From: Octopus vulgaris | Lineage: Eukaryota | Assembly: GCA_951406725.2 (NCBI GenBank) | Contig: OX597816.1 | Location: 151,528,001-151,592,000 of the forward strand | Direction of reading: 5' to 3' | DNA length: 64,000 bases | Shown here: positions 54,943 to 64,000 of the stretch, piece by piece | How the letters are laid out: each line of letters opens with the position of its first letter | How positions within the stretch are numbered: position 1 is the first letter of the stretch | The notes under the pieces: model-generated | The model's input: only the letters and a program-made list of their open reading frames with translations | Databases searched by the model: none | What the model was told of the DNA's origin: nothing | Position numbers and translations under genes: made by a program

Positions 54943-55200
54943 TTTTCACACCATATGGATGTCACTCGTACAGCCATTTCTGTCAGATTCAATTATCTTC
55001 GGTGCATTCTGTAACGATCTGACTATGCTTCTCCTTAGTGGTAGCGGCTTTCCATTTCATGACATCGCGTACCTTGATCCCTTTTGTCCGGTCGGCATCA
55101 TCTCGTTGAAGGTCGGTGGACAACGTTCCGCGACATCCATATACGTATGCTCGTCCACGCAGACCACTCTGCCTCTGTACTTCGAATGATTTCATTTAAA
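54943..55200 (-). mobile_element. Possible MULE (FLYWCH-type) transposase relic
   Basis: CRGTLSTDL...IKVRDVMKWKAATTKEKHSQIVTE recalls the segment after FLYWCH in MULE transposases. A 55-bp piece recurs at 58340-58396. Confidence 0.35.
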
Positions 55201-55421
55201 GACGTTATTGCTGCAATGATCATCATGAAATTACATTTTGTTCTCAATAACGATGTGACCAAAGAGGTAATGTTAATAGATTTTGAATTTTGTCGAAACT
55301 GTTCCATTAGTTCCATATTATCTAAGACAATATGAAATTTTGTGATAATCAGTTTATTGCTTGAGGTATCCGATAAAACCCCCAGATGAAATGAGCTTAA
55401 ACGGACAATAGTAACGAAATT

Positions 55422-57235
55422 GGATCTTTTCCTTTTGAACGGCACATGTCAACACAATTTCTAGTTAACTAAACATTTTAAAACTTCGTATACTGGTAGA
55501 ATGTGTTTATAAAACATCATTTTTTCTTGGCTTTATTGAGAAAATTCTAGATGTTGTAACATATTTCCACTTTAATTTCAAGCATTTCGGCAATTTTAAC
55601 CAATCGCTGACCTCCATTGACGTAAACATTCCGTGCTGTATGAATATGTCCCTCGTTTAAGAAACAGATTGGGTTTATTTACATTTGCGAAGAAAAAAAG
55701 ATACCCTTCCCCCACCTCTAACCCTAAGTCTAACCCTAAATCTAAAATAGATTGAAATACAATAGATCGATACTAGGGTTATAATTATGGGTGACAATTT
55801 CATACGACACCGCTACGGAAAATGGGATTTTTTTCTAGCGGTGTCAAATGAAAATGTCACCCATAATTAGAACCCTAGTATCGATCTATTGCATTTCAAT
55901 CTATTTTAGATTTAGGGTTAGAGTTAGGGTGAGTTAGGGTTAGGATTAGGGTTAGGGGTGGGGGAAGGGTATCAATAAAGCCAAGAAAAAATGTTTTATA
56001 AACACATTCTACCAGTATACGAAGTTTAAAAGTGTTTAGTTGCCTAGAAATTATGTTACAAAGTGCCATTCAAAAGGAAAAGATCCCAACATTATTTGCT
56101 CAATGACAACTGAAATGTTAACTTCATCACAGTCCACTTTCACTCACAACGTTCACCTGACGCTATTGTAAATAATATTTTAAGTTTAATATGGGAAAAC
56201 AGTGGTCCGAAACCGAGTACCTGTTGGTTTGAAGCAAACATGTTACTTTAACAACGTACCAATCACTACGTGGTCGCCCGATTTACAAGGTATAGCTATT
56301 AAAACAAAGCAGTCGACATTAACGAAGATGTTAGTCGCTGAAATAGATATTTATTATTGGTCTATAAATATGATTTGAATGTAAGATGCACTAATTGAGG
56401 ATTGAACGCTCTGGTCAGAGGTCAGTAAGATTCATGAAGTGTGACCTGCTACCCAGCAGCCAGTCAATAGCCAACACTGCTAAGTGATTAGTCGAGCCCC
56501 CTATCTTGGTGACGTCACTTGTCTTAGACGTTTACTTTATATAGTGATAAGAACGTATATTACCATTCAACATACAATATCCATATAAACTTGCAAATAA
56601 TTGATTTAAAGATATTAAAAATATTTTGACGTAGAAAATGTAAGGATTGAATATCTTGACAATATAGCAGGTAATTAAATGTGATTGGAATAAATAATTT
56701 ACACATCAGTGGGTGTAACATTAACATGTGTAAATATAGTCTGTGGTAAAACGGTCAAAATTTATCGCTTCTCGGCCTTTTGGCTAAGATCAAAGTGTAG
56801 TATCTGTTCTTATCAGCTTAATATCTGATATGGTCCCTATTTGGGGCCATCGATATTAAACTGATTTTTAGAACGAGGCGAAGTGTTAGGGGCTTGCTCC
56901 GCCTTTGCCACGGGTTGGCCTGGTATTGCAGTGCTTCCAGGATTCAGCCCATCTCCTACCAGGGAGATACAAATAAATAATAATGTCAGATACGTTCTAA
57001 CAGCCCTTTTTTTCTTTCATAATCTCCGCGGCCTTTCCATCAGTTGTGCTTGCTAAATACCTTCCGCTCCGCCAGTGTATGTGTCTTGCTGTTTGCTTAG
57101 ACGCAGCAAATGAATTTAGCTCAAATGCTGGGATTTCATTGGTTAAAATTCGAAGAATTAAACTACGTAAAAGTTTAAAAGTGTTTAGTTAACTAGAAAT
57201 TGTGTTGAAAACTGCCGTTCAAAAGGAAAAGATCC
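55422..57235. mobile_element. Composite TIR transposon carrying a U2 snRNA locus
   Basis: GGATCTTTTCCTTTTGAACGGCA at the left end and TGCCGTTCAAAAGGAAAAGATCC at the right end. ACGAAATT occurs at 55414-55421 and 57236-57243. An extra internal right end stops at 56086. Confidence 0.8.
56764..56954 (+). ncRNA. RNU2: U2 spliceosomal snRNA (variant Sm site)
   Basis: ATCGCTTCTCGGCCTTTTGGCTAAGATCAAAGTGTAGTATCTGTTCTTATCAG 5' end, branch-site-pairing GTAGTA, stem-loops II to IV, and TATTGCAGT loop IV. About 191 nt. Confidence 0.97.
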
Positions 57236-58241
57236 ACGAAATTACCGGGGCAAAATTACGAGTGGCGATATTACCGGGGAAGAAATTTCTGGTGACGAAA
57301 TTACCGAGCACCTGAAAACCTATCTAAACTGGGAAGTTTTAAATTTTGATCTTAACGCTTACACCTTTATCTTATGTATATTTAAAAAAAAACCTTTTCA
57401 GCGGCCGGTTTTAAATTTGAATGTGGGTGAAATTTGGCTGGAGAGAAAAGTATTCTTCAGCCTGATATCGAAAAGGTCAGTAGGGAGTAAATAAAAATGT
57501 TTGTCTTAGGTGTGCTGATTTGCATAATTAGTAGAGAAGCGGGCAAAACGTCCGGCAGTATTTAGTTGCTCACTTTATGTTCTGAGTTACAAATGCCGCT
57601 AGTGGGCTTGCCTTTCATCCTTGTTGCCTCTCATCCTTGGCTTGATAATATAAAGTATTGGAGTAGGTTTTACCGACCATTCCTCCGCACCACGAACGTG
57701 ATAGAAATTAGCATTAAAGTGTCGGCATCAACTGAAAAGTATCAGGTTTCATAACTAACTCCTCCTTTTTCAATTCTCCCTCTTTCCCTCTCTTTCTTGT
57801 CTTTCCTCTTGATAGTAAAGGAAAAAAATGATAGAGAGACTCATTTTCTGCTAATGAGAGAAAAAAAATAGAGAAAGCGTATTTCTATAGCTTGGAAGCT
57901 GCTAACAAAACAAAGTAACAGCAGTAGTTTGACATAAAAGTCTCTGAACAAGTGCGATGTTATTTGATGTATAATTCTTTGAAGTTACTAACACAAACAA
58001 ATATTATACATGCATTTATGAAAGACTTCTAAGAAAAGTTTGGCTAGTACCTTCTATTTAAAAGTATACTATGTAATTTCAGTCGCCTAACATCTAAATA
58101 TAATGAACTAGTATTTCAATTGAACTAATATTATAATTGACCTAACCATATACATTCATATTCTATGGAGCGTATTTTGACTGTTACAGTTAGTACACAC
58201 GATAACACTACTCTGTCTGTCTGTCTCTGTCTCTCTCTGTT

Positions 58242-58274
<33 letters not shown>

Positions 58275-59042
58275 ACTGTATATAAACGATTTATTTTTCT
58301 TCATCTAAGAAAAGCATTGGCCGGAAGCTCTTTATGACATTTTCACACCATACGGGTGTCACTCGTACAGCCATTTCTATTGTCAGATTCAATTATTTTC
58401 TAATTAGAGTTTTATTTTGTCACAGGCAATCTAGAAGCGGTACTATTTTCCTGGAAAATCGGGACCGTAACTGGATTTTAATTCTCGTTTGGCCAGAGTT
58501 TGTAGAGGCATGAATGTCATCGTATCATATTCTACTCTTCTTTAAAATATAGAACTTTTGTAACAATTCGAAAGAAACCGGTGTAATTTATGCGAGAGGC
58601 AATTCCTGATACTTAGGTAATATAACTTTAAAAATTAAATCTATAATTGACGTAGGATGAATATAGCATACACGAATCCTCTTTCAGCTTTAGTTCATAA
58701 AATCAGATTTGTTACTTTCATTTGTCTTAGGTTTGTATTACATACCAGATTTGAATATTAAACTCAACTTTTTTTAAGCCCCCCCCCCCATTCGTTTTCT
58801 TAGGCCGATCGAAGCTTTGACATGCGGCTCCCGAGGTAATATTGGGTTTAAGCGCTAATTTTCCCAAAACAAGTTTAAAATCCTACAAGCCGGATTTTAA
58901 AGTACTGACTGCAAGAATGAAGACTCGACAACAGTCGAGATTAACGAGCAGAGATTAACCTGTTTTAGTGAGTAAAATTGTTGCGATCTATTTTCTATGA
59001 ATATGATTTCTAAAAATATGACACAACACCTGATCATTAAAA

Positions 59043-59183
59043 GAATCCCGGATAAAAAAAGTCACGGGGTTTTTGTTCGGGGCGGTGAGGAGGGGGGTAT
59101 GTCCTAGGGGAGTTTTGTTCGGATACCGTGAATTAATTGTGACTTTTTCCCTAGCCAAAATTGTGACTTTATTACCGGTCACC
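59043..59183. mobile_element. GAATCC...GGTCACC family element with exact 8-bp TSD
   Basis: CATTAAAA occurs at 59035-59042 and 59184-59191. Confidence 0.75.
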
Positions 59184-60019
59184 CATTAAAAATACCATGC
59201 GTGGCTCTTATCAAACAATTGGCCCACCCTTGCCATAAAGGACTAAACTTTCAACCAAGTGTCAGTGATTCTTATCTACCGTTCTCTGCGCTTGACTTAT
59301 GACCAAGAAATTTATTTTCAACTTCCTAGTGTATTTACAAAGCTCTAATTGTTTATCACTTCATACTACAGCAATGTATATGGCAGAGCAAGATACAGTT
59401 TACGAATGATTCGTTAGCTTCTAGTGCTGAGTTCTACGCTACGAGTAAGGATGATAAATACGAAATCTTTGACGATGTGTGTAGAACCTATAGCGTTTTA
59501 GGACTTTTTGTTATCAGAAATAGGAACAAGTCTCTAACAAATAGAAATAGCAGTCAAATCTAGTGCAAATCACATATTACAGTTTTATATAAAGAGCAAC
59601 ACACAAGGACACTGGAACACATTTGATAATGTCTAAAAAGATAAAGGCTAAAGTCGGAATACAGAAATGCTCTTACAAGGGAAGTGTTAATACTTATATA
59701 GAATGTGAGGTGGTGTTTATGTGTGTATGTAGGTGTGTGTGCGCCCGTCTCTCTGTCTGTCTGTGCGCGCGCGTGCATGAAATATTCTCGAAGTTCATGG
59801 AATAATCTAATTCTAGAACAGTAATTTAACAAGCACTCTTTAATTACAATGCTGCTCCCCCTCTTTACAGTGATGAACCGTACCTGCGTCACAGTATCTC
59901 CGTGACACAAAATGAAAGTTGAATGCCTTATTGATAGGTAGTGTGCAACGCCGTTGGTGGGTTTTGAACTATGAACTCTCCAGCTGGTATTTATGGCACA
60001 AACCAACTAGATCAATTAA

Positions 60020-61153
60020 AATTCTCTAAAAGTCACTTGTCCGTGACGAAATACACTCTTCCAGAACTCTTCTGACCTTGTCTACAGAATTCATATTTTT
60101 TTCCGATTTTGAAGTCTGCGAAATAAATGATAATCAGATTGGAAAATGTCCGGCGAATATGGTGGATGGGGCATCGTTTCCCATTCAAACTGCTCCAGCC
60201 TTTGGAATGTCATCCTCGCTGTATGTGGCCGAGCATTATCCTGATGAAAGACGGTCGTTTTTCTTCTTGCGCTGACTAAGCCACAAAAGCTGCTCGCAGA
60301 TCTCCTTTGAGGAATATTAATGCAGTATATGGGGATCGGACAATATCCTTTGTTATCGTTTGGTTTAAGTTCACAGTGAACTAAACTTTTCATATCCCAC
60401 CAAACAGATAACAATACCTACGTGGGTGAAGACCTTCTTTAGCCTGGAGTGCCGGTGTTTCTCCTTTCCCTGCTGTCTTCGGCGCTTGAGATTTTTATAG
60501 AGAACCCGTTTTTCGTCACCAGTCACTATTCGGTCCAAACAAGGTTCATTCGTGAAATGTGACAACAAAGAAAAGCACAAATTCACTCTCTGCGCGCAAT
60601 TAGACTCGAAATGTTTGTGAGAAACCCATTGATCCAATTTGCTGACTTTTCCTATGACACGCAGGTGTCGATGAAGGGTTGAATGACCAAATCCAAGCTT
60701 CTCTGCTAGTTCCTCAACAGTTACGATGGGATTTTGTTCCCCCAGTGTTTGCAGGACGTCCTCGTCAAGCTCTACAAATTTTCCAGGACGAGATTCGTCT
60801 TCTAGGCTTTAGTTTCCGGTTCGGAATTTCTGGGACCACCGTTGACACTGGCTTACGCTTATTGTCCGATCCCCATATACTGCATTAATATTCCTCGAAC
60901 TTTCCATTGCGTTGTTGCCTTTATTGAATTCATAAAGCAAAATATGCCGAATATGCTATTTTGTCACTTCCATTATTGCTTTGAAAAAGTAACTGTTAAA
61001 ATCGAATTGCACGCTTCAAAACTTGCACTAAGAATAAGTACAAGGTAAAATTATTACCTGCTTTTACAGCAAGTTGATGCAGGTAGTTTATCCTGCATCC
61101 CCTCCGACTTTTAGTTCATGCAATTGAAAAAAACGCATTATTTATGGGATGAG

Positions 61154-61157
<4 letters not shown>
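60020..61157 (-). mobile_element. mariner transposon, decayed (5' TIR plus frameshifted DD34D transposase)
   Basis: WVSH (WVPH-like), DRIVTGDEK, FHQDNARPH and HPPYSPDI..SDYHLF motifs. TIR TTGGCTCATCCCATAAATAATGCG sits next to TA. Confidence 0.9.
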
Positions 61158-61187
<30 letters not shown>

Positions 61188-61511
61188 TGTGTGTGTGTCT
61201 GTGTATCTTAAGTTAATTCATCCTTAGTCGAAAGAGACCTGGTGTTATGTCCTGTTATTTGCATTTGTATCTGTGTAACATTCTCCGTTTTTTCCATCCT
61301 TGTTTTTGTATACATTCGCTGCTTTCTTCCAAGGAATCTAATGCTCTTAGCTTAGTTTTTTCCCTGGGGCTGACCAGATTAGAACAATCTCGAGTATAAC
61401 CAACCGAAATTGTATCGTCTATCTGGATATTTTGTTGTCCCTTTTTTGTATCACCTGTCTGGATGTTTTTCGTTCTTGTCCCATTTTTGTATTTTATATA
61501 TATATATAAGG

Positions 61512-61609
61512 TGTGACACCTTGGGCATGTGTCTTCTACTATAGCCTCGGGCCAAACAAAGCCTTGTGAGTAGATTTGGTAGACAGAAACTAAAAGAAGC
61601 CCGTCGTAT

Positions 61610-61704
<95 letters not shown>

Positions 61705-62380
61705 TTAGCAACGAATTGCCTCACCACACACCGAATTTAGAAATAGCAGTCAAAGAGTTATAGCTATTCTTTCTACTAAAAGGGAGATCTCAGTAAAAAA
61801 CACAGCACTTGAATGGCAAACACAGACAGGTAAGAGAGAATGAAATGACGGCAATCTATCATACAATTTTAAGTCACCTACGGACGTACGTTTCGAAATT
61901 AAGTTTTAGGAAAGCATAAGAATTAGATAATTATATCTTACCCAACTTCTTTTCTCATCAGCGTAGGACACTACAATTATGAATAATTGTATATTAAATT
62001 TCGAGATACTAGAAGGCATCAACTCAACTCAGTATCAGAGCGAGCTAAAAGCCGTTACCAGTAACACAAAATTCAAAGTGTGAATGAAAGTTTGTGTCAC
62101 CAGCCCCTTCCCACCCGCGTGTAGCCAAGACAAGATGCTGCGGTCATTTACTGGGATGAAATATGGTTATCAGTAACAATATAGGGTGAAATTAATTAAT
62201 TTGGAATAATTATTAATTACACCAAGTAGATTTCGGCATGTAAGGTGAGGCAATTCGTTGCTAAACCCTTAATTGCTTAGTATTACTTAAATTTTCCTCG
62301 AATGAGGCTTTTACATGCCGAAATCTACTTGGTGTAATTAATAATTATACCAAATTAATTAATTTCACCCTATATTGTTA

Positions 62381-62468
<88 letters not shown>

Positions 62469-62700
62469 CATATACATATATTTGTTTTGTGTGCTTGTGT
62501 CTATGTTTGTCACCTCACAATCGCTTGACAACCGATGTTGGTGTGTTTACGTCCCCATAGCCTAGCGGTTCGGCAAAAGAGACCGATAGATTAAGTACTA
62601 GGCTTACAAAGAATAAATCCTGAGGCCGATTTGTTCGGCTAAATGTGGTGCTCCAGCATGGCCGCAGTCAAATGACTGAAACATGTAAAAGAGTAAAAGA

Positions 62701-62702
<2 letters not shown>
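61512..62702 (+). mobile_element. SINE family A split at its microsatellite by a hammerhead-bearing insert (61700-62386)
   Basis: A SINE body part (61512-61610) and tail (62480-62702) flank the (TA)n-bounded insert. Confidence 0.75.
61877..61967 (-). ncRNA. Intact minimal type-I hammerhead ribozyme motif
   Basis: Minus strand reads CCTACG / CTGATGA / GAAA...TTTC / GAAA / C-GTAC-G / TC / CGTAGG. Confidence 0.8.
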
Positions 62703-62741
<39 letters not shown>

Positions 62742-63339
62742 GTATAGTAAAGAATGGAGCTGATAATAAGATAATTCATTTATCTACTTCAATATATATA
62801 TATATATATATATATAAACGAATTGTTTACAGGCCATCGCCATTGTTGTGGATCTACAATATCACTGAAAGGGGTATCAGGTTATTAGATACTTTGATTT
62901 TTATCTAAAACTTGTAAATTCATTGTTTAAATGTAATTCGTAATAATCTTGTTCTCTACTCTGATGTGTTTTCACGGAAAATTGACAATATCCGCCATCA
63001 CTTAACTTTTTAATTTCTGTCGGTTATTATACTTGAGAATATAAGAGGCTCATCTTAATCCTAACTTTAAGTGTAACTCTGACACCATAACTGTTTGTGT
63101 ATTAAAAGACATCTTTAAAACATCCATGTAACTAAGTTATAATAAAATCCTAAGTGGTTTTCATTTTCTTTCTAAGTGTCGAAGGGTAACTTAATGGCTG
63201 TGCTAGGGAAATAGGGGATAGAACAGCAAAGATATAATAATGGTGTCAAATTTTGGTACAAGGCCAGCAGTTATAGGATATTGAATAAGTTTATTACATC
63301 GGCCCCAGTGCTCAACTGGTACTTCTTTAACTGTATCAA

Positions 63340-64000
63340 TAACATTGGAATGAAATTTGGTGAGTCTAAATGTACATTGCCCTCTCCTAAAAATCTAAAA
63401 AATGAACGGCAAAAGAAAGAGATCTGTAATTCTCTTGCCCGAGTTTGACAATGAAATCAGCAACATAATTAGAAGACTAAAGAGCATTGGTAAAATCTAT
63501 CTATGAGAAGATATAAAAAATGGACCACTGATAGTACATGGTACTTGGAACGAAAAACATAAACCATTGAAGGGATTGATGATATCAAAATTTTATCATG
63601 AAGTACCGACAAATTTATGACATCTCACTTCGAAGGCTACCTCCATGCAATTCAAGAACAAAAGACCCCCGCCCCCACCAAATATCTACAACATAAAAGG
63701 CAGAAAACATTGACACAAATGTAGGCTGGGCAAGGCCAAGACTGAAAACATCAACCAGATTATTGACAACTGTAAGAGAAAGTATTCCAGATATTATCTT
63801 CCCATGAAGTATGATGAGGTGGCCAAAACAATCTGGATCAGGAGAACAAAAAAGAAAACACCTACAGACGAAGCTGACTATATTGAGACCGATGAGTCAA
63901 AAGTATATTAGTAGAATTTAAAAATTAAAACCACCAAGTTAAAACACAACTGGCCAGATATTGTTGTGTGTGACCACAAGGAAAATATATGTTCTATTGT
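63340..64000 (+). mobile_element. R4/Dong-type non-LTR retrotransposon relic running off the window
   Basis: MTSHFEGYLHAIQEQ, a decayed zinc knuckle (CRL..ENINQIIDNC) and KHNWPDIVV (PD of the RLE domain), with stops and frameshifts. Confidence 0.75.

Noticed and set aside
55912-55956. Telomere or chromosome-fusion site
   Set aside because: There are only a few degenerate TTAGGG units, mirrored within a TIR element.

Overview
AT-rich, microsatellite-laden animal DNA, most likely an octopus (inferred from the SINE families). I found no convincing host protein-coding exon. Nearly every ORF in the track is a microsatellite translation or a transposon relic. Supported content: a U2 snRNA gene (56764-56954), three tRNA-derived SINE families, non-autonomous Helitrons in head-to-tail arrays plus a RepHel relic, decayed Penelope-like (GIY-YIG), RTE and R4/Dong retroelements, mariner, Tc1, pogo and MULE-like relics, and many foldbacks in (TA)n tracts. 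Two signals stand out. (1) The U2 gene and its upstream region lie inside a palindromic DNA transposon (55422-57235) that contains TTAGGG repeats and is bounded by TIRs and an exact 8-bp target-site duplication, which suggests a transposon-mobilised snRNA gene. (2) Several minimal type-I hammerhead ribozyme motifs sit in or next to microsatellite-embedded elements, including an intact one (61877-61967) and one with a compensatory U3-A8 core pair (13501-13543). Coordinates were counted by hand, and family names come from recall, not from database searches.
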